Positions 39,817 through 51,169 of a stretch of 64,000 nucleotides of DNA are shown piece by piece. Positions within the stretch are counted from its first letter, which is position 1, and each line of letters begins with the position of its first letter. The notes beneath the pieces were generated by a model that was given only the letters and a program-made list of their open reading frames with translations, was not told where the DNA came from and did not search any database. The position numbers and the translations under genes are program-made. The stretch spans positions 267,589 through 331,588 of the forward strand of contig CAZTXT010000001.1 of the NCBI GenBank assembly GCA_964617735.1. The letters run 5' to 3'. The stretch is from an uncultured Candidatus Saccharibacteria bacterium. GTDB lineage: Bacteria > Patescibacteriota > Minisyncoccia > Phycocordibacterales > DSPV01.

Positions 39817-40563
39817 ATGTCAAAAGACATTCTCGGCTCGCTGCTGCGAGTTTTGGTAACCGTTCCGGAGAATCGGCTCGGTCTAATACACGATATCTCC
39901 CGAAAGCTTTCGGGAAACGATGGCGATTCATGGGAAGCTCAATTAAAGAGTTTCTTGCGCAAAGAGCCCTGCTGGGTTGTTGCTCCATTCCAACCAACCA
40001 CTCTGTCGGTGAAGATAGCCCAAGACCAGCTCTTGGAATGGACCGCTCTCTATAAAAAGCTCGGCATCACTCTCAATCCCGAGGAGGTAAAAATCCCCGC
40101 CCGTCGCGAAGGCTTCAATCGCCTCATCCTGGTACCCAAGGGTATGACAGCCCAACGAGCCTTCGACCTCTGCACCACACGCTTCGCAGCCCGGAAGTAC
40201 ACCATCCAGAGTCTCGACAAGACAGTCTCCACCAACGACCGCGACGCTACGAATGGCACCTACACCCTCTGGATCAGAGATCGGGTAGAAGCCGATGAAG
40301 AACTCAAATCCAAATCGGCCGACGACCTCACGGAAGCGAACATCAAAGGCATCACCTTAACCGAACGCCTCCTCTACGAGCTCAAGTACCACCAGGAAAC
40401 GGGCAAGCACCTTGACCTCAAGAACCACACAATGTGTTCGGGTTCTCGCAGCCCCATCGGCTACGTGCCGCACGTGTACTGGTGCGACGACTGGCTCTTT
40501 GTGTTTTGGTACTGTGCCCACAGTCGGGATTCGCACCTTCGTTCCCGTGCAGTTTCCCTTTAA
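39817..40563 (+). CDS. Hypothetical protein with a C-terminal C-type-lectin-like, DGR variable-region-like end
   Basis: Own TTGACA promoter (39703) and AAAGGA RBS; C-terminus G.VP.V.W.....V.W.......LRSR.VS; no AA dinucleotide in 40441-40560. Confidence 0.7.
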   Translation: MSKDILGSLLRVLVTVPENRLGLIHDISRKLSGNDGDSWEAQLKSFLRKEPCWVVAPFQPTTLSVKIAQDQLLEWTALYKKLGITLNPEEVKIPARREGFNRLILVPKGMTAQRAFDLCTTRFAARKYTIQSLDKTVSTNDRDATNGTYTLWIRDRVEADEELKSKSADDLTEANIKGITLTERLLYELKYHQETGKHLDLKNHTMCSGSRSPIGYVPHVYWCDDWLFVFWYCAHSRDSHLRSRAVSL

Positions 40564-40581
40564 CCTCTGGTCTTTTAACAC

Positions 40582-40610
40582 TTCACCTCGTCTCTTTGAG
40601 ACGAGGTGAA
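40582..40610. other. Perfect 13-bp hairpin 18 nt after the stop (DGR-target cruciform and/or terminator)
   Basis: ttcacctcgtctc-ttt-gagacgaggtgaa followed by a T-run. Confidence 0.8.
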
Positions 40611-40629
40611 TTTTTTATATACTATGGAC

Positions 40630-41178
40630 ATGGAAAAAAATAAAACAGAGATAGCGGTTTTCGGTGGCGGCTGTTTTTGGTGCACCGAGGCGGCGTTTTC
40701 GATGCTCAAAGGTGTTTCCTCCGTTCGCCCCGGCTATGCGGGAGGCACCAAACCCAATCCCACTTACGAAGAAGTCTGCGGCGGAGCGACGGGACACGCA
40801 GAGGTCACGGAAGTGGTCTATGATCCTTCGATTGTTTCTTTCGATGATCTACTGGCGGTATTTTTCAATGTGCATGATCCGACACAGCTCAATCGGCAGG
40901 GCAACGACGTGGGGACGCAGTACCGCTCCGTGATCTTCTACACAACTGAAGGGCAAAAAAAGGCCGCGGAAGCGTTGGTCAAAGAACTGATGGACACCAA
41001 GGCGTATGACAAACCGATCGTCACCGAAGTCAAACCGCTGGATATGTTCTATCCGGCCGAGAACTATCACAAGGACTATTACAAACGCAACTCCGACGCC
41101 GCGTATTGCGAGCTTGTCATTGCGCCGAAGCTCGAGAAATTGCAGAAACGTTTCGCTACGCTCATTGCCGATCACTGA
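40630..41178 (+). CDS. msrA: Peptide-methionine (S)-S-oxide reductase
   Basis: GGGCFWCTE, GYAGG, TGHAE, HDPTQLNRQGNDVGTQYRS, AENYHKDY. Confidence 0.97.
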   Translation: MEKNKTEIAVFGGGCFWCTEAAFSMLKGVSSVRPGYAGGTKPNPTYEEVCGGATGHAEVTEVVYDPSIVSFDDLLAVFFNVHDPTQLNRQGNDVGTQYRSVIFYTTEGQKKAAEALVKELMDTKAYDKPIVTEVKPLDMFYPAENYHKDYYKRNSDAAYCELVIAPKLEKLQKRFATLIADH

Positions 41179-41298
41179 TCGGGTGGAGAGGGTCATTCAC
41201 GTAAGCTTCATTGATTTTCACCGAACTTTTACGATGCGCTTGCTACGCTCTTTGCAAGTGCGCTATCATAGGGGTTCATTATTCGTAACACTACACTC

Positions 41299-41808
41299 AT
41301 GTCTCGATCAACTATCGTTACGTCATTAGTCATCATCGTCTTGATCATTGCCGGATTGTTCTTCTTTTCAGCGCGGAATTCAGCTTCGACTGCAGAGATC
41401 CAGAACAGCGCCGATGTCACCGCATCGCAAAACTCTTTAGATGCTTCAGTTACTCCCTCACCGTCGCCTTCGACCCCATCGCAATCTTCTGCCAAGACGG
41501 TGACGGTAACCTATACCGATAGCGGATTCTCGCCTTCAAGCGTTACCATCAACGTTGGTGATACCGTCGCGTTCAAGAACAACAGCTCTTCCGACTTCTG
41601 GCCTGCAACTGCTAATCATCCGGCACACACCGTTTATGACGGTACCAACCTCCAGGCGCATTGTGCCGCGGGCGCCACCCCAAGCTTCGACGCATGCACG
41701 GGTGTTGCTCCAGGCAGTTCCTATTCCTTTACCTTTACCAAGGCTGGTACGTGGGGATATCACGATCACTTGAACGCGCGCAATTTCGGCAAGGTCGTGG
41801 TGCAGTAA
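41299..41808 (+). CDS. Membrane-anchored cupredoxin-like protein
   Basis: GFSPSSVTINVGDTVAFKN, HPAH, YSFTFTKAGTWGYHDH. Confidence 0.85.
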   Translation: MSRSTIVTSLVIIVLIIAGLFFFSARNSASTAEIQNSADVTASQNSLDASVTPSPSPSTPSQSSAKTVTVTYTDSGFSPSSVTINVGDTVAFKNNSSSDFWPATANHPAHTVYDGTNLQAHCAAGATPSFDACTGVAPGSSYSFTFTKAGTWGYHDHLNARNFGKVVVQ

Positions 41809-41819
41809 AGAGGTTTTGC

Positions 41820-42152
41820 ATGAGCCGTTTAACTTCAGAGCGCTGCATCCCCTGTGAAAAAGAGGTGCCGCCGCTCTCTAAAGAAGAGGCCGATCGGCTC
41901 TTGGGAGAGCTCCGAAAAGGTTGGCAGATAAAAGATGGAGCACTCTATCGGCAGTTTGATTTCTATGACTTCAAATCGGCGCTTGCATTTGTCAATCGTG
42001 TTGGCGAAGTTGCCGAGCGAGAGTGGCATCACCCTGATATAGAAATTTCGTTCAACAAAGTCAAAATCTCGCTCATCACCCATTCCATCAAAGGCCTCTC
42101 AAAGAACGATTTTATCCTTGCAGCGCATATAAGCGAATTGGGCGAAGCTTAG
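41820..42152 (+). CDS. phhB: Pterin-4-alpha-carbinolamine dehydratase
   Basis: CIPC, AEREWHHPDI, THSIKGLSKNDFILAA. Confidence 0.92.
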   Translation: MSRLTSERCIPCEKEVPPLSKEEADRLLGELRKGWQIKDGALYRQFDFYDFKSALAFVNRVGEVAEREWHHPDIEISFNKVKISLITHSIKGLSKNDFILAAHISELGEA

Positions 42153-42206
42153 CCCGACCTCTAGTTTTCCGTTGCGAAGGGCTATACGATCGCTATACTG
42201 ATACCT

Positions 42207-42506
42207 ATGGAGCAGCGTGCGCATGTCATGGGCCGGCTATCGAAGATGATGCTTGTCTTCGAGTTCGTGGTGTTAGCCATGTCATTCTCTTTCCTCGCGA
42301 TGTCGCAGATGCAATCGTCGGGTACTACTCTCTCGCAGGCGAATCTTTCGGATTGGCTTCGATCGGCAGACTCATCTTCATCGGAGCCCGCAGCCGTGAT
42401 CGAATCTGATGCTCAATCGGCCTCGCCGGAATTTATGGCACCGATGCCTATGGAAGGGGTTGTGCCATTTGGCAAAGAAGAGGTTGAGGATCCCGTTTCA
42501 AATTAA
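42207..42506 (+). CDS. Hypothetical single-pass protein
   Basis: TATACT-N7-ATG; one TM, then an acidic low-complexity tail. Confidence 0.6.
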   Translation: MEQRAHVMGRLSKMMLVFEFVVLAMSFSFLAMSQMQSSGTTLSQANLSDWLRSADSSSSEPAAVIESDAQSASPEFMAPMPMEGVVPFGKEEVEDPVSN

Positions 42507-42554
42507 AGAAAACAGATGTTTCTAGAGAGCGCCCGGAAGACACTTTCTTCCAAT

Positions 42555-42584
42555 GAAAAAGCCATCCCCGGAAGGGATGGCTTT
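42555..42584. terminator. Intrinsic terminator, mainly for the minus-strand gene
   Basis: aaagccatccc-cggaa-gggatggcttt. Confidence 0.8.
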
Positions 42585-42594
42585 GTGCCCAACA

Positions 42595-42834
42595 TTAAGC
42601 GGCTTGGAGTTTTTCCTCGACGAATGGAAGAAAGAATCCCGAATCGTACTCGAAACCCCGCATTTCCTTGAACCGCAACAAGGAATCTCCGTTACTAAGC
42701 CTAAGGATAGCTTCGATAGTCAGTTGCCGTTTGCCGACGATCAAGCCACGCGTAGCAGTCAGGCTCTTACTTTGGTGTGTGTACGTGTAGTTGAATCTTG
42801 GTACGACGCAATCGCCTTTCGTGAATCTATTCAT
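42595..42834 (-). CDS. Hypothetical 79-aa protein with its own promoter and RBS
   Basis: TTGACA-N17-TAGGAT (42880-42852), AGGAGG-N5-ATG, terminator after the stop. Confidence 0.7.
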   Translation of the reverse strand: MNRFTKGDCVVPRFNYTYTHQSKSLTATRGLIVGKRQLTIEAILRLSNGDSLLRFKEMRGFEYDSGFFLPFVEEKLQAA

Positions 42835-42880
42835 GATGTCCTCCTGCGATTATCCTACGGCCCTGTGTAAGGCCTGTCAA

Positions 42881-43114
42881 TCAATCCGCGAGAACAACGA
42901 GGTGCGCGCCGTCCGTGTAGGCGAAGCCGCCTTCAATGGAGAATTCTTTTTGTTCCGAATTGTTTTTAACCAAAAGGGTTCCTTTCTTGAGGTTTGTCAC
43001 GAGCGGTGCGTGATGGGGGAGAATGCCGATCTCGCCGTCTTCGGACGGAAGATTCACTCCGAGCGTTTCTCCTTCAAAGAGCGTTTTTCCAAGCGTGTAG
43101 ATATAGAGCTGCAT
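42881..43114 (-). CDS. atpC: ATP synthase F1 epsilon, N-terminal domain only
   Basis: LPSEDGEIGILPHHAPLVT...IEGGF...VVLAD, then stop. Confidence 0.93.
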   Translation of the reverse strand: MQLYIYTLGKTLFEGETLGVNLPSEDGEIGILPHHAPLVTNLKKGTLLVKNNSEQKEFSIEGGFAYTDGAHLVVLAD

Positions 43115-43116
43115 CG

Positions 43117-45053
<1,937 letters not shown>

Positions 45054-45076
45054 TTTTGATTATGAATTATATCAAA

Positions 45077-45235
45077 TCATTTTAATTTTTTGGGACGAAA
45101 AAAGCCGACTTGTTTTTTCCAATCTTCCCACAGTTCGTCTAAGTTAGTTATTTTCCCCGTTTCCCTTAAAACATCTTTAAGGAAATTAATATACTCTTCT
45201 AAGTCTCTTAGGCGCTTATCCTCTTTTACACTCAT
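45077..45235 (-). CDS. Small hypothetical protein (52 aa, not in the ORF track)
   Basis: MSVKEDKRLRDLEEYINFLKDVLRETGKITNLDELWEDWKKQVGFFRPKKLK; begins 8 nt after the atpG stop and fills the gap. Confidence 0.55.
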   Translation of the reverse strand: MSVKEDKRLRDLEEYINFLKDVLRETGKITNLDELWEDWKKQVGFFRPKKLK

Positions 45236-45243
45236 GTTTTATT

Positions 45244-46173
45244 TTAATTTGCTAATGCTTCGCTACCGCCGGTGATCTCCGCAAGTTCTTTGGTGATAGC
45301 TGCTTGGCGAGACTTGTTGTAACGGATGTTCAGGGTGTCTACCAGTTCGCCGGCGCTGTCCGATGCATTCTTCATGGCTATCATGCGCGACGAGTGCTCG
45401 GAGGCGTTTGCTTCTAGTATTGCATGGTAGACTTGCACGCCGAGGAATTTCGGCAAGAGTTTCCCGAGGACTTCGGCAGGGGACGGCTCGAACTTGAGGA
45501 CACCGGATTGAGCACCGGCAAGTTCCATCGAGCGAGGGATATTCGCATAACGGCCTTCAAGCGGGATGATGGAATCAATGATGCTTTCAACGGATTCTTT
45601 TGAGAAGGGAAGGAGCGTGCGCTCGATGACTTCTTGTTTAAGCGCCGAAAGGAAATTCGTGTAGAGGATTTTTACTTCGTCACACTTTTTCTCCAAGAAG
45701 AGGGACATGAGAAACTCGGTAATCTCTTCTGTTTCGTCTATCACCCCAAAATCTCCAGCTCCGAGGAAATCTTTAAGAATTGGCACGTGACGACGAGCGA
45801 AATAGTCGCGACCTTTTTTACCGATGGCAACGATGGAAACATTTGCGTCTGATTTTGAGACGATCTGTTCTGCTTTTCGTAGGACGTTCGCGTTGAAAGC
45901 GCCTGCGAGTCCTTTATCAGAAGTGATGACGACCAAGCAGAGATTCTTCACCGCGCGTTTTTCTGTGAGAGGCGAGTGCAATTCACTAGAGCTATTTGTT
46001 TTCTCAATCGCATGCAAAATAGAGAGTGCCGTCAGTGCGTAGGGGCGAGTTGCAAGCGCGATACCCTGACTGCGGCGCATTTTGACAGCCGAAACCGCCT
46101 CCATCGCCCGCGTTATCTGGCGAATGTTCTTTGTCGCGCGTATTCGGTTTTTTAATGCTCGTGAGCCGGCCAT
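45244..46173 (-). CDS. atpG: ATP synthase F1 gamma
   Basis: QITRAMEAVSAVK, TSDKGLAGAFN, SEHSSRMIAMKNASD, YNKSRQAAITKEL. Confidence 0.98.
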   Translation of the reverse strand: MAGSRALKNRIRATKNIRQITRAMEAVSAVKMRRSQGIALATRPYALTALSILHAIEKTNSSSELHSPLTEKRAVKNLCLVVITSDKGLAGAFNANVLRKAEQIVSKSDANVSIVAIGKKGRDYFARRHVPILKDFLGAGDFGVIDETEEITEFLMSLFLEKKCDEVKILYTNFLSALKQEVIERTLLPFSKESVESIIDSIIPLEGRYANIPRSMELAGAQSGVLKFEPSPAEVLGKLLPKFLGVQVYHAILEANASEHSSRMIAMKNASDSAGELVDTLNIRYNKSRQAAITKELAEITGGSEALAN

Positions 46174-46179
46174 GATAAA

Positions 46180-46404
46180 TTAAATCCCAAAACTATGTAA
46201 ACAACTCTCATATTCTGCCATCTTTACATTTTCCGGTAGTACACTAGCAAACCCCGTTTGAGTTTTTTGATAGCACTGTTTTCGAATTTGTGAAGGTCTA
46301 TATTCAAACCAGAAGAATAGAAAACCCAATATGAATATTAATCCAAGGCCTAAAACGATGACTTTCATTTTCTGGTTTTGAGTATTAACCGATTTATTTT
46401 CCAT
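46180..46404 (-). CDS. Small single-pass hypothetical protein with two Cys
   Basis: FFWFEYRPSQIRKQC...YESCLHSFGI; AT-rich, inserted between atpA and atpG. Confidence 0.7.
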   Translation of the reverse strand: MENKSVNTQNQKMKVIVLGLGLIFILGFLFFWFEYRPSQIRKQCYQKTQTGFASVLPENVKMAEYESCLHSFGI

Positions 46405-46417
46405 TGACCAGTTCTTA

Positions 46418-47944
46418 TTAGGATTTCTTGAAATAATGTTCTGTGAAATCTTTCGCGGCGGCGGTAAGTCCGTCTTCTACTTCTTTTGAGAGCTCTTTGC
46501 CGTCGCGCAACTTCTTCATCGTTGCTTCGTGGCGCTCATGGAGGAATTGCAGGAATTCTTTTTCAAATCGGCGTACGTCCGCGACCTCTACGCCATCCAG
46601 GAATCCACGGACGGCGCTGAAGATTGACACTGTCATCTCCTCAAAGGGCATATTGTGGTACTGATCTTGCTTGAGTAGTTCGGAGAGACGCCGCCCGCGG
46701 TCCAGTTTCTGCTTTGTAGACGGATCCAAGTCTTGGCCGAACTGGGCGAATGCGGCAAGCTCGCGGAATTGTGCAAGCTCAAGGCGCATCGTACCCGCGA
46801 CTTTCTTCATCGCCTTCGTCTGCGCCGCAGAGCCCACGCGCGAGACCGAGAGGCCGACGTTGAGGGCTGGCCGGACACCTTGGTAGAAGAGCTCTGGTTC
46901 AAGATAGATTTGTCCGTCGGTGATGGAGATGACGTTCGTCGGAATGTAGGCCGAGACGTCGGAGAGTTGGGTCTCGATGATAGGAAGCGCCGTGAGCGAC
47001 CCGCCGCCGTAATCTTTTGAGAGTTTTGCTGCGCGCTCAAGTAGGCGAGAGTGGAGGTAGAAAATATCGCCCGGATACGCTTCGCGGCCCGGTGGGCGCC
47101 GCAGAAGCAGAGAGATTTCGCGATAGGCGACTGCGTGCTTTGAGAGATCGTCGTAGACAATGAGTGCATCTTTACCCTGGTCCATAAAATATTCGCCGAT
47201 GGCGACGCCAGTAAAAGGGGCGATGTATTGAAGCGGTGCGGCCGCGGAAGCAGGTGCGGTAACGACGATGGTATAGCTCATCGCGCCGGATTTCTTTAAC
47301 TGCTCTACTATCTGCGCGACTTTGGACTCCTTCTGGCCGATAGCGACATAGATGCAGATGACCGACTTTTCTTTCTTCTGGTTGATGATGGTGTCTATCG
47401 CGATCGCCGTCTTTCCGGTCTGACGGTCGCCGATGATGAGCTCGCGCTGGCCGCGGCCGATGGGGATCATCGCGTCTATAGCTTTGATACCGGTGTGGAG
47501 CGGTGTGTTGACCGACTCGCGCGTAATGACGCCTGGAGCGATCTTTTCAAGCGGATAGCGCTTCATGCTCTCGGTCTTGAACGCGGGTCCGCCGTCTACC
47601 GGATTGCCGAGGGCATCCACGACACGGCCGACGACCGCGTCCGAGACAGCGACCGAGAGGACGTTGCCAGTGCCTTTGACCGTCTGGCCCTCCTGCACCG
47701 ACTTTGATTCGCCGAGAATGACCGCTTTGAGCGAGCCTTCTTCGAGGTTCAGTGCCATACCAAGAACCGTTTCTGATCCCGTTTCAAATTCAACGAGTTC
47801 GGAGTACATCACTTTTGAAAGTCCGCGGATTTCCGCGACGCCGTCGCCGACGCGCGTTACCGTGCCGACGTGTTCCATCTTTGCGCCCGTGGAAAGTCCG
47901 GAGATCTCTTCTTTCAGCTGCTCTAAAATACTATCTTTTGTCAT
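46418..47944 (-). CDS. atpA: ATP synthase F1 alpha
   Basis: [36 protein letters not shown]. Confidence 0.99.
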   Translation of the reverse strand: MTKDSILEQLKEEISGLSTGAKMEHVGTVTRVGDGVAEIRGLSKVMYSELVEFETGSETVLGMALNLEEGSLKAVILGESKSVQEGQTVKGTGNVLSVAVSDAVVGRVVDALGNPVDGGPAFKTESMKRYPLEKIAPGVITRESVNTPLHTGIKAIDAMIPIGRGQRELIIGDRQTGKTAIAIDTIINQKKEKSVICIYVAIGQKESKVAQIVEQLKKSGAMSYTIVVTAPASAAAPLQYIAPFTGVAIGEYFMDQGKDALIVYDDLSKHAVAYREISLLLRRPPGREAYPGDIFYLHSRLLERAAKLSKDYGGGSLTALPIIETQLSDVSAYIPTNVISITDGQIYLEPELFYQGVRPALNVGLSVSRVGSAAQTKAMKKVAGTMRLELAQFRELAAFAQFGQDLDPSTKQKLDRGRRLSELLKQDQYHNMPFEEMTVSIFSAVRGFLDGVEVADVRRFEKEFLQFLHERHEATMKKLRDGKELSKEVEDGLTAAAKDFTEHYFKKS

Positions 47945-47954
47945 TGTCGTTTAT

Positions 47955-48338
47955 TTAAACTTTCTGCACTGTTCTCTTAAGATCCTGCATGCGCCGCGCG
48001 ACGGTGTTGTCTATCCGCATGTCGCCGATCGTGATGCGCGTACCGGCGCCTAGTTTGGGATCAATCTTCTCGGTTATTTCGATATCAGTCCCGACGAGTT
48101 TTTTGAGCTCCGCTTTTGAGACGGCGCCGACTTTTTCCGTTTCTACGACTACCGGCGTAACGCCTTTTTGTGTGTACCACTCGCGCTCAAATTCTGCGAG
48201 AATCCCACGCAGGAGATTTGTCCGCCCGTGCCGTGCGAGCGTTGCGGCGAATTCTTTGACGACTTTGCTTGCATGGTGAGGATGTTCCTCAATCAAGTCG
48301 TAGAGCACTTTCGCGTATTGTTTGGCATTATAACGCAT
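47955..48338 (-). CDS. atpH: ATP synthase F1 delta, short form
   Basis: Position between atpF and atpA; YAKVL; IDPKLGAGTRITIGDMRIDNTVARRM. Confidence 0.85.
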   Translation of the reverse strand: MRYNAKQYAKVLYDLIEEHPHHASKVVKEFAATLARHGRTNLLRGILAEFEREWYTQKGVTPVVVETEKVGAVSKAELKKLVGTDIEITEKIDPKLGAGTRITIGDMRIDNTVARRMQDLKRTVQKV

Positions 48339-48342
48339 GAGA

Positions 48343-48855
48343 TTAATGAGCGAGTTTATGCTGCGCGGTCTTGAGCGCCTGCTCTACCAGTTTCTCCCGA
48401 CTTTTTGCATCCAAAATATCCCCAACGCTTTTCTCAACTGCCATCGCGACAGTCTCGCCTAAGCTTCGTGTCGCCTCTTGCATGAGCTTGTCCTTCTCCT
48501 GCGTCATCTTTGTGCGCTCTTCTTTAGATACCCGAGCCATTTCAGACTTTGTATCTGCGATGATGCGCTCTGCCGCCTTCGCAGCATCCGCTTCGGCTTG
48601 TTTTATCAACGTCTCCGACTGGCGGCGAGCTTCAGCGAGCCGCTTCTCTTTCTCCGTATCCGCATCAGCGAGTTTCGCGGCAGTCGCTTTCGCATCCTCG
48701 TGTGCTTTCGCGATCTCTTTCTGTCGTTTGTCCAGAAGGGAGATGATGGGCTTGTAGAGGAATCTCTGCAAAATGAAAAGGAGGATGGCGAAGTTGATGA
48801 TCTGCGCCAAAAGAATCTTCCAGTTTATCCCTAGGTTGGACAACAGCTCGCTCAT
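48343..48855 (-). CDS. atpF: ATP synthase Fo b
   Basis: LGINWKILLAQIINFAILLFILQRFLYKPI, then a coiled coil. Confidence 0.95.
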   Translation of the reverse strand: MSELLSNLGINWKILLAQIINFAILLFILQRFLYKPIISLLDKRQKEIAKAHEDAKATAAKLADADTEKEKRLAEARRQSETLIKQAEADAAKAAERIIADTKSEMARVSKEERTKMTQEKDKLMQEATRSLGETVAMAVEKSVGDILDAKSREKLVEQALKTAQHKLAH

Positions 48856-48865
48856 CTACTGGCGG

Positions 48866-49105
<240 letters not shown>

Positions 49106-49210
49106 TTATTAATTGCTAAAAGATAAAAAAGAGGGGCAACCGCCTCGTTTGTTCATAATATTACTATACACAGGCGTTTTTTCAAATGAATGCTAAACTC
49201 TAAATATACA

Positions 49211-50965
49211 ATGTCAGCATCATCGGAGCTTACTCAATATATAAAGCAGGCTCGTCAGAGTGGCCTTTCGGATGACCAAATTCTTCAGGAACTAGTTCAA
49301 TCTGGCTGGAATCCTACTGATATTAATTCAGCGCTTTCTCTAACGCCGATTTCCCCAATACCCACAGATATTCAATCCTCCGCAGAGATACAGAAACAGA
49401 CCTCGCCTCCTAAAGGTCGACTTTTCTTGACCCCGCTTATATTCTTTATTGTAGTGCTTGGTATAAACGTGTTGATTGGATATCAGCAAGCCGTGCTAAG
49501 TTCTAAAACTTTCATGGTTGGTATGATTGCCACTGTGTTCATCTCGACTGCAGTTTTTAGCCTTCTTACCATTCTAATCAGAAAAATTGGTAATAGATTC
49601 GGCCTAAGGTGGAAAGTTGCGTCTTGGATTCTCGTTTCTTTTTTACCCATTGGGTTTTTAGGGTTTATTTTTTGGGAACAAAATCAAGTTTCACCAAGTG
49701 TGAAGGCTTTTCAGGAAAAGAGTTTTTACAAAACCATTCCAGGTGAATGGAAAACTTACATTAACGAGCCATTTAGCCTTTCGCTTAGATATCCTTCAAC
49801 GATGAAGCTTGATGAGGTTCCTCATTCGTATGGTTTCGATGATGTGTTTACGGTTAACCTCGAGTCTACGATTTCAAGTACAACGGGTGTTGCAGTGACG
49901 GTCAACGCAACAACGGATAAAAGTAAATGTGATGACCTTTGGGCAAATACTTCCCTAATACCTAAAAACTTGTTTACGTATAAGAAAGTCATAAACGGTA
50001 GGGAATTTTTAGTTGGTAGCGCCTCTACATGGACAGCATACGGAAGTGCTATGGAAGTTTTCGGCTATTTTCAACAACTTCCCATTTGCAAGGTTGTAAC
50101 AGCAGCTTTTGTTGTGCCGCTTGATCTAAGTTCATCTACGGTGAAAATCTCAAAACAAGACAATATTTTTTCGGCACGGCAGAAGATCGGCAGTGCAGCC
50201 CAGGACGTTTTGTTCAAAATTGATTACGCGCCCATGCTAGAAACAGCGGAGTCAATCATTGGTTCGATGAGCGACAAAATAATCGATGATGGTTCGGCCA
50301 ATGTTACACATGTGCATGAAAGCGATTCGGCGCTCTATAGTGAAATGACTCGAATTAGCAGTTCTAGACTTGTGGCTTTTCGCATCTACAATTCTAAGTC
50401 CGCCCATTCATATGTAGGGACATGCGAAGATGCTGTTTTCAAGAGTCTGGACCCTGACATGACCTGTCGGGAAAGTCCCAACGAGTTTATTATGTATTAC
50501 AAGATAAATGACAAGTTTGGCTATGCGTGCGGTGATACGAACTGGTATGGGTCAGTCGAAGCTGAACCGACTGGATTTTCTTGCAATGGAGCCCAAACTT
50601 CTTCCGTCTCAAAAGGAGTTTCTGTTGACGGAAAATACAACCACATTAAAACTTCCGAGCCGCAATCCTTTCTGGATTGTGGAATATTAAGTTATAAAGA
50701 TAACACTGAACAACAAGGGGGAATCGGCAACTCTGATTGCTTTAATAAGGCGATCACTTCATGCAAATCTGCTGTAATCTCGGGTGTTGTAGACGGTTTT
50801 GTATCTACATATCGAGTATTTGGAAATCAACAAGGACAATGCAAGCTAACCCAACAATTCTTTAAACAAGTTTCTTCTAATGAGACGCAAAGCGGGCTTG
50901 TTACATGCGATATTAATCCATCGATTGGTTGGTCAAGTATATCCAACTGCATTCAGTCATATTAG
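49211..50965 (+). CDS. Large hypothetical membrane protein (helical N-terminal module, 3 TM, Cys-rich extracellular domains)
   Basis: AT-rich ORF antisense to the atp genes; WKTYINEPFSLSLRYP (PsbP-like start); alternative start 49190. Confidence 0.75.
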   Translation: MSASSELTQYIKQARQSGLSDDQILQELVQSGWNPTDINSALSLTPISPIPTDIQSSAEIQKQTSPPKGRLFLTPLIFFIVVLGINVLIGYQQAVLSSKTFMVGMIATVFISTAVFSLLTILIRKIGNRFGLRWKVASWILVSFLPIGFLGFIFWEQNQVSPSVKAFQEKSFYKTIPGEWKTYINEPFSLSLRYPSTMKLDEVPHSYGFDDVFTVNLESTISSTTGVAVTVNATTDKSKCDDLWANTSLIPKNLFTYKKVINGREFLVGSASTWTAYGSAMEVFGYFQQLPICKVVTAAFVVPLDLSSSTVKISKQDNIFSARQKIGSAAQDVLFKIDYAPMLETAESIIGSMSDKIIDDGSANVTHVHESDSALYSEMTRISSSRLVAFRIYNSKSAHSYVGTCEDAVFKSLDPDMTCRESPNEFIMYYKINDKFGYACGDTNWYGSVEAEPTGFSCNGAQTSSVSKGVSVDGKYNHIKTSEPQSFLDCGILSYKDNTEQQGGIGNSDCFNKAITSCKSAVISGVVDGFVSTYRVFGNQQGQCKLTQQFFKQVSSNETQSGLVTCDINPSIGWSSISNCIQSY

Positions 50966-50977
50966 GCACTTTATATT

Positions 50978-51048
50978 TTAATGGCGCTTCAGCGCGTGTA
51001 AAACTTGAGAACGCGACCATCGCGAGTGTCGCGAAAATGAGCGCTTGG
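50978..51048 (-). repeat. Duplicated, partly recoded 3' end of atpB (att-like scar)
   Basis: 51006-51048 matches 52265-52307 at 42/43 nt; the copy translates QALIFATLAMVAFSSFTRAE, identical to the AtpB C-terminus. Confidence 0.92.
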
Positions 51049-51169
51049 TTGAAAACAATCGGAATGTTTGCATAATTCACTATAATGTGACATTGTTGCA
51101 TCAGAAACTGTGCCGTGAGCACGGTGGCGGTTCGTTGAAAACACAATCAAGTCAGAAACGGAGGTCTAT

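Noticed and set aside
42553-42870. 105-aa plus-strand ORF
   Set aside because: It is the shadow of the minus-strand 79-aa gene, which has the promoter, RBS and terminator.
51064-51092. dif-like sequence (tttgcataa-ttcacta-taatgtgacat) beside the atpB duplicate
   Set aside because: The spacer is 7 rather than 6 nt, the XerD arm matches only partly, no partner site was found, and it also contains a plain TATAAT -10 box.
50913-51146. 77-aa minus-strand ORF containing the AtpB C-terminus
   Set aside because: Only 20 codons match AtpB and the rest is unrelated with no RBS; it is the repeat scar, not a second atpB.
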